Positions 21,911 to 33,028 of a stretch of 64,000 nucleotides of DNA are shown here, piece by piece; positions within the stretch are counted from its first letter, which is position 1; every line of letters starts with the position of its first letter. This stretch comes from Guillardia theta CCMP2712 (lineage: Eukaryota; Protista; Cryptophyta), in assembly GCF_000315625.1 (NCBI RefSeq), contig NW_005434518.1, positions 13,809 to 77,808 of the forward strand. The letters are read 5' to 3'. The translations under genes were made by a program, and so were the position numbers. Below the pieces are notes generated by a model that worked only from the letters and a program-made list of their open reading frames with translations, had not been told where the DNA came from and made no database searches.

Positions 21911-22237
21911 GTTTGTTTCCCCGTGTTGACCCGTTTTCATCCTGATAGTTCTGAATTAGGGGGCAACCCGCCCTTGAAGTCGATTCTCCTCCCGTGTCTG
22001 ATGGTATTCATTCTGCGCCTTCCATTTATGGTACATCTTGACACTGTTTTACAGTGAGTCTGCATGGAGACAGGCCCAACATCATGCAAATCAAGAGCCA
22101 AGATGGTTTTTCAGCTTGAAGGGAGTACCTTTTTTTCTTTGCAAATACCGAAGTACTATTCGGAATCACATCAGACCTGAACTCGACAACTTCGGCCAGT
22201 TAAAGCCACCCCGCGCTGTCTACCGTAGTTGCCAGTG

Positions 22238-22920
22238 AACTTCCCGGCGAACTTCCGAAGTTCGGAAGGTCGGAACTTCGGAAACTCCGGCAGAGTCAGA
22301 GCACGCCGGTCGCCGCGCCGAGCCTTGTCATCATCCGAGCCCCGGGGCCGCGTCCGGCGGCCGCGGCAACTTCAATAGTAGTCAACCAATCATTTCGGGG
22401 GCTGAGGGACTCGGCAGTCACCCGGCGGCGATCATCGGAACGGCCGGTGACCCGGTACCGTACGGCGGCAGGCGCGGCCGGGCCCCAGTGAGCGGCCCCG
22501 GCCCGGTGCGTGATCGGACGGTGATCGGACTCTCAGTCTGTGAACTGACGCCGCTGAGTCGGATCTGATCGGACGCCCGTCCGGCCGGGCCCGGCCGGGG
22601 CGGGCGGGCGGGCGGCCGTGTGAGCCCCGGGCCCGGCCCCGGCGCCGAGTCCGCCGGGCGCTGAGCCTCCGAGGCTCGGCCGGGCGAGTCGAGTGAGGCG
22701 CCGGGAGTCACTGCCGCTGGCTGAGGTGGCACCGGGCCCGGTCCGACGGACTCGGACCCGGCGTTACTTGGCCGTCGGGAGTCAACGTGACGGTCGTCGG
22801 CGTGCCGGTCCGACCGTCGTCGGCGGGCCGTCGGCGTGTCACTGAGTGTCGTCGGCGGCCCGGCCGAACGGTCGGCGGGCCGCCGTCGGCCTCGGCGGCC
22901 CAGCCCGCCTACCTTTATAA
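22238..22920. promoter_or_regulatory. Large GC-rich non-coding island
   Basis: CCGG/GGCC-dense with TGAGTC/GACTC motifs, GAACTTC/GAAGTTC cluster at the left edge, GTCGGC repeats then TTTATAA at the right edge, followed by an AT-rich tract. Confidence 0.5.
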
Positions 22921-23917
22921 GGGCCGATCAGTTTTAAACTGTAAAAATTGAGGAAGGGTCGGAAGGCCAAGGGACTCCCGATCACAACCTTCCATCCTAA
23001 AATATGTTTTAGATTGCTCGTGCAATCAGTTGTCTGAATTTTAAAAAAGTCAAACGTTGTCTTTTGAAGGAGTCGACTGGCAGTCCTGATGGTATCCGGA
23101 TTGATCTCAGTACTGGTAAACTAAAAGCTGAAGCGACGTGTATTTGATCTCCGCATTACCAGAGTCATCTGTACCGGAAACTCAACATATAAGTAAGTGT
23201 ATAACTATTTGAATATTAGGTACATTTACTTTTACGTTTTGTGACTCCCACTATGTTTCTTATAGAACTTATATGTGTTTTGTAGAGTATGGGTATAGAT
23301 TGGAGGCTACCATTTTCAAGAAAAGAGTTTTATCACTACGACTCTTATCAAATTATCTATATATGTTTCTTTTCATGGTAGAAGAAGTCATAAGATACAG
23401 AATATTTTGATTTCTTTTGCCTACAATATTTGTACCAAATATCTTTATATAATTATTTGTTCATTACAAGAAACCCTGAGTTTAAAACATCTCGTGCTAA
23501 AATATCAAGTGTACAAGAACTTTTACGTAAGCCGAGGGGGTAGGGGTGGGTGGGGGCCGCTGCAAGAGAGTCACTTATAGGGTAGGGGTACTTAGAATAA
23601 GGGTCATGCTATATCATGGGTGGGTAATTTCTGTCTCGAATTTCCTATATTTGTGGGTGGGGTAATCTGAATTTGATATGGAGAAGGTGGGGGTGTACTA
23701 GCCACGGGTAGTCCACAGTTCTGCTTTGTTGGCGGGACTGGCTCTGCTGCTGCTGCTGCTCTCCTCCTCTTCCTCCCCTTCTCCCCTCGTTCGTTCTTGC
23801 CGTGCCGCTCCTACTGATCATCGTTCCTTCGTCCTCGATCGAATCCTCTCCTTCTCTTCTCGTCCTTCACCCAAGGCGGTCTGTGTGAATCAGATCACCT
23901 CACCCATCTCACTCACC

Positions 23918-25544
23918 ATGGGTGTGGACGAACCTATCCTCCCCAAAGAGCTCGACTGGTCTCGGACGCCCTTAAACAATGCGTGCGAGAGCTCTTGGTT
24001 GCACATTGATGGAGACTCGCTCCACGCAGAGTTAGGAGGTGAGTCTTCTGTGTTCCTTTGCCCGCAAGCATCGGCACTGACACCGTATTGTGCGTTTGCT
24101 CTCCAGGGCCAAATGAACTCTTCTGCTTCGAGGAAAACTTGGAGGGGTCGCTGAGCTGCGACATGGATGGCTGGGCTGAGCTGGACAGCGGGACCGTCAT
24201 CGACCCCATCGAGCAGGTAATTAATTCTCCCTCTTGTGATCCCACCCCGCTCTCTAGTTCGATACCTATTTAACGGGTCGTTCTATGGGCCTTGTGGTCC
24301 CTCTTGCTGGCTGTAGTTCATTTTCCGTGGCTGGAAACGTGTAGATGGAATCGGGCAGCTGGCAATGGGAGGACGACGCGGCGCCGAGCGCTCCAGGGCT
24401 CCAAGAGCGAGAAGCTGCAAGGCCCAGGACAATGGGGTGCCCTGCTGGAAGCGCCATGGCGCACGCCCCCGCGATTCTGAGGCTTCAGGCACCCAAAGCG
24501 AATGCATGTGCTGGTCGGTCCTTGAGTACCAATCTTAAGCCCATGTCCTTTGGTCACCTTGGGAGCCTAAATCAGCAGAGCAAGGCTCGCCAAGGTGAAA
24601 ACTTGAATATGGGATGCCCAAGAGTGAATCTTTCGTGCAGAGCTGAAGGATCTTGTTAAGATAGAAGCCACAGAAACTCATGCAGCAAGAAAAGGAAGCA
24701 TGGTTATGCATTTTGCAAACCACCCGATTCGCGCTGCTCAGGCAACCACAAAGCACAGTTTGAATGCTTCCTTAGAGGTGTGCCTTGCTGTTTCGAATTC
24801 TCATCATTGAAACCGTGACCTTGATCAGAAATTCTCGGCCCACATCCCCAGCAACATAGGTGGGAGCTTGCCGGAGAAACTAGCGGCTGCAGGCAACAAG
24901 GGGCTGGTCGTTGAAGAGCGTGCGAAACGAAGCAGGCCATTGTGCATCACCTACTGCGACGGCATGAGGTCTGTACTGCCTGCTCGCACTGTGATGGACT
25001 CACTCTCTGCTCGCAGCAGCTCCAAGGATGTATCTTCCTACCGCCAACCCAAACAGCCCAAGATCTCGGAGAAGCTGCTGTGCAAGCCCAGGTCATACGC
25101 CCCTGCTAGAGTCGACATGGCTGCCGGCACTTTACTATCACATAGCCATGAGTGGACCGACAGCTCGGTCACAGTCCTGCCGACTTGCAAGTTTGTGAGC
25201 AAACGTGTTGGCACAACCTGTGAGCATCCTCCGATCAAGTCACTGCACAAGAGAGGACATCTCTCTGTTGCTTGCTCAGCCGGTCACCAGGTGGGCTTGT
25301 GCCACTGTATCTTGAGCTGAGGTCTGACTGTGGTGTGCTGCAGTGGGTATGGTGTGCCGAGTGCTGTAATTGTACGAGGAGCTGTACCGCAGACGGGCAG
25401 AGGAAGCGGGGTTGCACCAATCCAGTGCACTGGTTCGAAAGAGACGCGTTCGATACTGGCAAGAGGAACCACATGAATAGGCATCGCAAGTGAGTGCGGT
25501 ACGAGAGCTGAAAACTCTTGAGGCTTTCGTGGAAAGTGGAATAG
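23918..25544 (+). CDS. Hypothetical multi-exon protein with C-terminal Cys/His cluster (putative zinc-binding domain)
   Basis: ATG 23918; short GT-AG introns join exons in frame, ending ...CSAGHQ-WVWCAECCNCTRSC...GCTNPVHWFERDAFDTGKRNHMNRHR. Last exon uncertain. Confidence 0.65.
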
Positions 25545-25822
25545 TGCAATTTGAAAATATTATAAAACAAACTTGTTCCTTAAATTTACCGGCCAGAGTC
25601 TCATCAGCCGGCAGTTCTGCTCGGACTGCACGTCAGGTACTGTAAGTTTAGGTTCAAACTTGTGCCACGACTCGAAAGGCAGGCAGGAGGGTGCCTCAGG
25701 TTACTCCGTTACACTGGGCTTGACTGAGAACATGAAATGGTGGCAAACTCATCATTCTATTAGCGCCGTCAACCTCTAAGAAAGTCCATAGTGTTGTCTA
25801 TGTCCCTAGTCATCGCAAGCCC

Positions 25823-26747
25823 TTACGTCAAGCGGGAGGAATCCGCAAGCAGCTGCTGAAGGAAGACAATCGCCATAGCCGGGATGATCGGCCGCACGTG
25901 CACAAAGATTCCTCCTCGGTTTCCTCGCGTCACCCGCAAGTCCTGGGTCGCAGGTCAGGAGTGAGGGAGCGACTGACGTGGTCGACCTTGTCAAGGTAGA
26001 GGAAGTCCAGCCAGCCGCCCTTGACACGGAGAGGAAGAGGAATGGTGAGAAAGTTTGCTATCGTCACCCGAGCATCCGTGATGTCGCAAGAGATTCTCTC
26101 CTCCTATGAGAAGATCAATCGTCACAAAATCCTCCTCCCCCTCCCCCTCCTCCTCCCCCTCCCCCTCCTCCTCCTCCTCCCCCTCCTCCTCCTTCTCAAT
26201 CTCTCACTCTTATCATAACACAGCAAAGGTTCGTATCTCTCACGTATACTCTCACCTTGCCGGGGACTGTATCGAACTTCACTGTCGCCTGCAGATCTGC
26301 TACACCAGACAGCACAGACGCCTTGTTGTAGAAAACACCCTCCTTCACGTCAAAGTTAGCAAAAGTCTTGCCGGAGTCCTCCGTTGCTCTCGTGAACTTC
26401 TGCAGAGCTGGAGAGTCGCTGGAGTCCTGCTGGAAGACAAGCTGCCACTCCCCGTCGGCCGTCTGGCTGTCAAACTTGCACTTGGACGCTGAGAGCTCTT
26501 GGATGGCGGAGGTGATGTCCTGAAGATAGCTGGGACTCTGCTCGTCGCCTTTGAGGATCACGTCCAGCAGCTTCTCCTTGCTTTCCTTGGCGCTTCGCAT
26601 TGTCAGCGACTGGGCTGCAGATGCTCTAGAGCAGAGCTTGCTGGGCAGGTTTGAGTTGAGCGTGACCAAGGAGGAGGAGAGGAAACATGAAGCCCCCGGT
26701 GCTGACAAGACCGCGAGGAGAGGAGTGAGGATCCGAAGAAGTTTCAT
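25823..26747 (-). CDS. PAP/fibrillin-family plastid protein with bipartite targeting sequence
   Basis: Signal peptide ending ...GASC-F, Ser-rich transit peptide, KEKLL..I..L..DGEWQLVF, then exons giving GGWLDFLYLDK-DLRVTRGNRGGIFV. 3' end uncertain. Confidence 0.85.
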
Positions 26748-27449
26748 GGTTCAAGATGCAGACGAAGAGGTCAGAGAGGGTTGATGGATCCTGCAGAAGG
26801 AAGCAATGAGCACTCATGAAGACATGTTGGCCACACAACATGGATCCTCACACATAGTCCAGGACTCAGTGAAGGATTCAAGAGTTCTCAGGGAAAGAAA
26901 CATGAAAGATCTAGGGGCATGATGAAAGTTTGAGAGAGGTGGAGAGAAACATGATCAAGGTGGGGAATTGGACAAGTGTCAGTGGCAGCGGAGGTGGCAC
27001 TAGTAGGAGGAGAGCGACAAGGTTGTGCGACAAGGAAGGCAAGAATAACAACAAGAAATAAGTAGCAGCGATGGTGGTAGTAGAAGAAAACATAGTAGTG
27101 TTAGTGTTAGTGTCAGTGTTAGTGGTAATGGTAGTGTTAGTGGTAGTGGTGGTGGTAGTAGTAGTAGTAGAAGAAGAAGAAGAAGAAGAAATGAAATATT
27201 CACAAGGAGGTGGAAGTGGTGAAGGTGGTGGAGGAGTGGGATTGGAGGAGAAGAGTGCAGGGGATTGCAGGGGAGGAGAAAAGGGGAGGAAGAAAGCAGG
27301 CTTTGGGAGGAGAGAAGGGGAGGAGCAGGAGCAGGAGCACGAGCACGAGCAGGTGCAGGAGGAGCAGGAGCAGAAGAGGAAGGGAGTGAAGATAATAGAA
27401 GGAGCAGGAGCAGGAGAGGAGCACGAGCAGGAGCAGGGCAGGGGCAGGG

Positions 27450-27487
<38 letters not shown>

Positions 27488-27737
27488 AGAGGAGGAGGAG
27501 GAGGAGGAGGATGAGGAGGAGGAGGAGGAGCAGGAGCAGGAGGAGAAGGAGGAGGGAGCCATGTAAGGATAGTTTGCGCTGATGCTGGAGGATTACGGTC
27601 ATGTTCTGTGCTGACTCAACTTCGCTCCCAAGGTATGAATAATCAGGCTCACCTCAGGGCTATCCGTAAATGAATCTAGAGGCAGCGTTTAAATGTTACC
27701 TTCTCTTCTAGTGAAAAGATTCTTCACGAAAGATTCG

Positions 27738-27995
27738 TGGCGGCGGGCCGAACTTCCTCGGAACCCGCCGCCCCGGGCCGGGCCGGCCGCCCGGGGTGAG
27801 TGCCACTAGAGCGGCTCCTCTCCGAGTCACTGAGTCTTTCAAGAGTCTCCGGTGACGCGAGTCAGGCTCACTGCCGGGCCGGGCCCCGGCCGCCGAGTCA
27901 CGCCCGGCCGGCCCGGGCAGTCCGACGCACTCAGTGACTGAGGGCCGAGTCCATGATGGCAGTGCGGCACTGCACCGTCACCCGGGTGCCAACCG
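27738..27995. promoter_or_regulatory. GC-rich non-coding island between divergent fibrillin and PP2A genes
   Basis: Same CCGG/GGCC, (T)GAGTC(A) and GAACTTCC vocabulary as the other islands. Confidence 0.5.
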
Positions 27996-28524
27996 TACCT
28001 TGCACCCACCAATGACCACCCACCCATGTATTCCTGTTGAGTTTTAGCTGAAGTACACCGGTAGTTTAATTGGAAGATATGAGATTTGGATTTGAGGGGT
28101 GGGGTTATGTTTGATCACCGTTACGGACCGTTATTCCCTGAATGGCGCGCATGGCAGAGGGGGCGGCGTGAGGAGGGGGCGAGAGGCGAGGAGAGAGGAG
28201 GAGGAGCAAAGACAGCGAGAGAAGGAAGAGAGGGAGTGAGCATGCGAGCGATGAAGGGGGGGAGAGTGGAAGGAGGGTAGCAAGACACCTCTCGGATGCA
28301 GAAGTCGGGGATGGGGTGGATATGAGTGAGAATTCTGGAAGAGGGAGATTATCCAGGGAGGAAGGAGGGTGAAAGTTGTAGAGGAGAGAACGTCGATAAG
28401 AGTATCAATAAGAATCTTGTAAAATTCGCAAAGGGACGGTGGAAATGGTTTGATAGAACCAGAAGCAAGTCCTGACCCCTGACGGACTCACATAACAAGT
28501 TTTTCTCACGTTGTTGTTTCACAG

Positions 28525-30315
28525 ATGGCGGATGTCGAGATGGTGGATGGGGACGACGCGTTAGGTAGTTTTACTCTGTCAACCACTGATTGTTGTTCGT
28601 GATATGGTGTTTCAGCTCAAATCAAGATTCTAATCGACGAGCTTCGCAACGATGACTTTCAACAGCGGCTGAAGGTGAGGTGACCTCGGCTCGTGTGTCC
28701 TGCTGAACTATCCCTCCCAGTCTGTCAGGAGGCTGACCACGATTTCTTCTGCTCTTGGGGTGGAGAGGACGAGGAACGAGCTGGTTCCGTACCTGAACGG
28801 TGAAGAGCATGCGGCATGAGGCAGGAGGCTAGAACGCTCACCCTCGTTGCAGAGCTCGCGGTAGAGTCGGAGGATGAGGACGAGGTCCTTCTTGCGATGG
28901 CGGAGGAGATCGGAAACCTTATCCCGCATGTCGGCGGCAACGAGCATGTGCACCACTTGCTGCTTCCCCTCGAGACCTTGTGCGCTCCTGAGGAAGCGCT
29001 TGTGCGCGATAAGGTCGGCGCGTCCTTGCCCCGCTCGACGGGCTCTAACGCACCAGCAGGCTGTGGAGTCGCTGATCAAGGTAGCTGAGGTGATACCCAA
29101 CGTGGAAGAGGCCTTTGTCCCGCTCATCCGAAGACTTGCAACGGGAGACTACAACTCGCACAGGATAGCTGCTGCTCCCCTCTTCGCCACGGTCTACAAG
29201 CGCGTCTCAGAGTCCTCAAAGGCAGAGATGAGGAGGTGAACACGTGGACCTGCAGATGGATGTGCTGCTGACGGGGTTGACCATCAGGCTCTTCGGGCAG
29301 CTCTCAAAAGATGATTTCCCGATGGTCAGAAAAGCTGCATGCACGGCCCTCGGCGGGTTCTCCCAAGTTCTCGAGCAGAACCACCTGCAGAACGAAATCA
29401 TCCCTCTCTTTACTAGCCTTGCTCGTGATGACCAAGACTCCGTCCGCATCGTCGCTGTTGACAACTGTGTCACATTGGGGAGGATCTTCCCGACCGACAA
29501 GAACCAGTCACTCGTGTTGTAAGTCTGGAATGTGGCCGGGCAAGAGCTCTCGATGTGACGGGATTGGCAGCCCTGTGATCCGTCAGCTGCAGCAAGACAA
29601 GTCATGGCGTGTGAGATACATGGTTGCTGACCATTTCTGCGAGGTACTCGTCTCCTCTGATCTGTTCTACTTCTCCCATCTTCCGTTCTCCTCCCCTCCT
29701 ACTCTTCTCTTGCCCTCTTCTGATGCCCTCCTCTTCTCTTTACTTCCCCCCCAGTCTCTCTCGTTGTTGTTCAACTAATGCACACTGGCAGCTCTGTGAA
29801 AGCATTCCACGAGAAGTGATCGAGGCAGAGATGTGCCCAGCCCTTGTCAAGTTTCTCAAGGTGACACCCTACCACGCATGACAGAAATCAAAAACTTGTC
29901 TGCAAGCATTCACTACATCTCCTAGTCTTCCATATGAGTTGACCTGCTCTCTTGAATCAACCTGTCTTGATTCCTTGTGCCCTCCTGCCTTCCTTGAAAT
30001 CGCCCACAACTGTCTGTACCCTCCCAGACAGCAACCCACTGTTCTGTGTAACCATTGACATGCTCGACTTTCGCTGCAGGACACAGAGGCTGAGGTCAGG
30101 ACGGCTGCAGCTTTCAAGGTCGCGGGCTTCTGCTCTAAAGTCTCGGTGGACGTCGCGCTGAACCAGATCATGCCCTGCATCCGCGACCTGGTAGTGGACC
30201 AGTCGCAGCATGTCAGAGGTGACCCTTGCACCCCTGTTGACCTAAGAATCCTTCTGATCTCCTCAACCTTTCATACCTTCCTTTACCTCTTCCCTCTGCC
30301 GTCTCTCCTCTGCCC

Positions 30316-30349
<34 letters not shown>

Positions 30350-32263
30350 CACTTCTCACCCCCGCTCTCCTCCCACTCAGCCCTGTCCAAGTCGGGCTTG
30401 GCTGCTGACACATGCCCCGCAGCTGCTCTTGCGTCAGTGATCATGGGGCTCGCTCCCGTGCTGGGCAAGGAGCACACGATCGAGCAGCTCGTCCCTCTCT
30501 TCCTCTCCCTCCTTAAGGACGAGCACCATGAGGCACGGCTCAACATCATCTGCAAGCTCGACAACGTGAACCAAGTGATTGGAGTAGAGTGCCTTTCCCA
30601 GTCTCTCCTCCCAGCTATCATCGAGCTTGCGGAGGACAAGCAGTGGAGGGTGAGGCTGGCGATCATCGAGCACATTCCTCTGCTGGCAAGTCAGATGGGC
30701 GCCAAGTTCTTCGAGGAGCGACTGGCTAAGATGTGCATCACGTGGCTTGCGGACAGCGTGTTCACCATCCGAGAAGCTGCTTCCTTGAACCTCAAGTGAG
30801 AGGGAGGGAGGGAGGGAGAGAGGGAGAGGGAGGGGGAGGGAGGGAGGGAGGGAGGGAGGGAGGGAGGGAGAGTCCTGCCGCCTGTCTGCTTGACCCGCCC
30901 TCCTCCTGCTCCTCCTGCTCCTCCTGCTCCTCCTGCTCCTCCTGCTCCTCTTGATTCTCCTGCTCTTCCTCCTTCTACTGCTCCTGCCGTTGTTCGTATG
31001 TGTTTCAACACCTTTGCAAACATTTTGAGCTCAAATTTTCTCTGTCCTCCTTCATTCGCCAAATTAAATTAACCGAAGTCTATGCTAATTTTCACGATTT
31101 TGCAGGAAGCTAACGGAGGTGTTTGGAGTGCAATGGGCGTCAGTCTACATCATTCCCCAAGTGATCGAACTTTGCGGTCACTCCAACTACTTGTATCGCA
31201 TGACAGCGATCAACAGCATTGCGGTAACATGACGTGACTTTTCAAGACCTTTCCTCTTGCCTCCCGTGATTGCTGCCTCTGTGACTTTTCTTGCTCCACT
31301 CGAGATTATTCGCGCGTGCTAGTTCGTTTGCTTCTCCCTTCCTTCCCCTGCCATTTCTTTCCTATCCTGTTCGCTCCCCCCTCCTCTCCCTTCCTCTCCT
31401 CTCCTCTCCTCTCCTCTGCTCTCCTCTCCTCCCTCCTCTCTCACACCTCCCTCACACCCCCCTCCTCCGTCTTGTTCATTTCTCATCGCTTCTGCTGCTC
31501 CTACTGTCTTCTCGTTGGCCTCACTCATTTTACAGAACCTCACCAGCGCCGTTGACAAAGAAAAGCAGAAGCAGATGCTGAATGCTGTCGTAGTAGCTAC
31601 CAAGGTGATCGCCATTCCTTGACAACGGAATCTTCTCCACCCACCACCACCACCTCCCTCTCCTCCTCGTCTCTTCTTCCCCCCCCCCTCCGTGTCTTTC
31701 CTCTACCCTCCCCGCCCCTGCCTTCTTCTCTCCTTAAATCGTCTCACTATTTTGCTACGCAGGATCCTGTTCCCAACTGCAGGTTCAATGCTTGCAAGGC
31801 CATGGAGCTGATGCTTCCTGCTATAGACGCGCAGGTCAGTCAAATTTGTTTCCCTCCCTTTCCCGCTCCCTTCCATCCATTCCAGGCCCCTCCCTGTCTT
31901 CCCTCAACCCAATTTTCCGGCTGATTCTTCTCCTCCTGTTATCCCCCCCACTCTTCTATTCTGTAATCTTGCTTGCTCGCTCGCTTGCTCCCCTCCCTCC
32001 TCTTCTGATTTCTCCTCACTGATACTTCTTCTTGCAGATCGTAGACTCAACAGTGGTTCCTGCTTTGAACTTGCTGTCCAACGACGAGGACCCTGACGTG
32101 AAGGTGCACCTTTTCTCCTGCTCCCCTTGCTCCAGCTCCCCTTGCTCTTGCTCCCCTTGCTCCTGCCTTTCCTCGGCTCTGCCGTCCTCGTCGCTCACTG
32201 TTTCTTCCTGGTATCTGGCAGTTCTTCGCCGCCAAGACCTTGAATGCCTGCATGAAGGCCTGA
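28525..32263 (+). CDS. PPP2R1A: Protein phosphatase 2A scaffold (A / PR65) subunit, HEAT repeats, many introns
   Basis: Exons translate to [116 protein letters not shown] and DEDPDVK-FFA. Confidence 0.97.
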
Positions 32264-32425
32264 GCTTCTCAACATTCTTGTCATCTCTGTCAAGTTGTAA
32301 TTTTCCTTGGGCGTTTGCAACCTCAGCTGATTTTACGTGTGAAGTGAAAGGCTGCACATCTCAGTCACCGTACCGTACTGTCTCAAACACCCAGGCTCTC
32401 TGGAGGCTCAGTGTCAAGGGCCTTG

Positions 32426-32550
32426 GGGCCTGAGTCCGGCCGGGCCCGGGCCCGGTCACCTGGCACCGGACGGTGGCACGGTTCCGAGTTTACACCCCGG
32501 GCCCGCCGGCGGGCAGGCCGGACCGGCTGCCCGACTCGGCGGAGTGACTC
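32426..32550. promoter_or_regulatory. Short GC-rich non-coding island
   Basis: CTGAGTCCGGCCGGGCCCGGGCCCGG...GACTCGGCGGAGTGACTCA, followed by ACCCC-rich then GGGGT-rich tracts. Confidence 0.45.
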
Positions 32551-33028
32551 ATCCGAAGGTTACGAGCCTCACTTCCTTGGATGACCAGGACCCTCTCTTG
32601 TCACCTTAAAAGTACCCCTACTTGTATCACCGCACCTCCAATTTACTTGCAGCTACACCCCTACCCACCCGATCCCAGAGCGATACGCCACCGGTCATAT
32701 GAAGGGGTGCCGATATACAAGAACCAGGGTAGGGGTGAGCTGCATCTACAGATAGTGCTGGCGGGATGGGGGTGGGGTATGGGAGAACAAAAGAAATGAG
32801 ACCGGTGGTTCAAAATGTTCAAGTTAGGGGGTGGGGTGGATAGGGCTGTGGTTTCAATCCAGGGATTGCAGGGGAGGGGTACCCATTCAACTTCAGGGGT
32901 GGGGTTAAATTCACTAGTAGTTTTGGGGGTCCTTATCCACAGACGCAAACTATCAATCTGATTAAGATGGGGTGGGTAGGGGTTGCTTTATCTTGGGGGT
33001 AGGGGTGCAAAGGACAGGACAAGGCAAG

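Noticed and set aside
22418-22732. Pro/Gly/Arg-rich ORF in the GC island
   Set aside because: Open only because extreme GC content lacks stop codons; GTG start and no coding signature.
26900-27600. Low-complexity ORFs upstream of the fibrillin gene
   Set aside because: Lie within a probable repeat-rich 5'UTR intron (minus-strand donor near 27652, acceptor near 26791).
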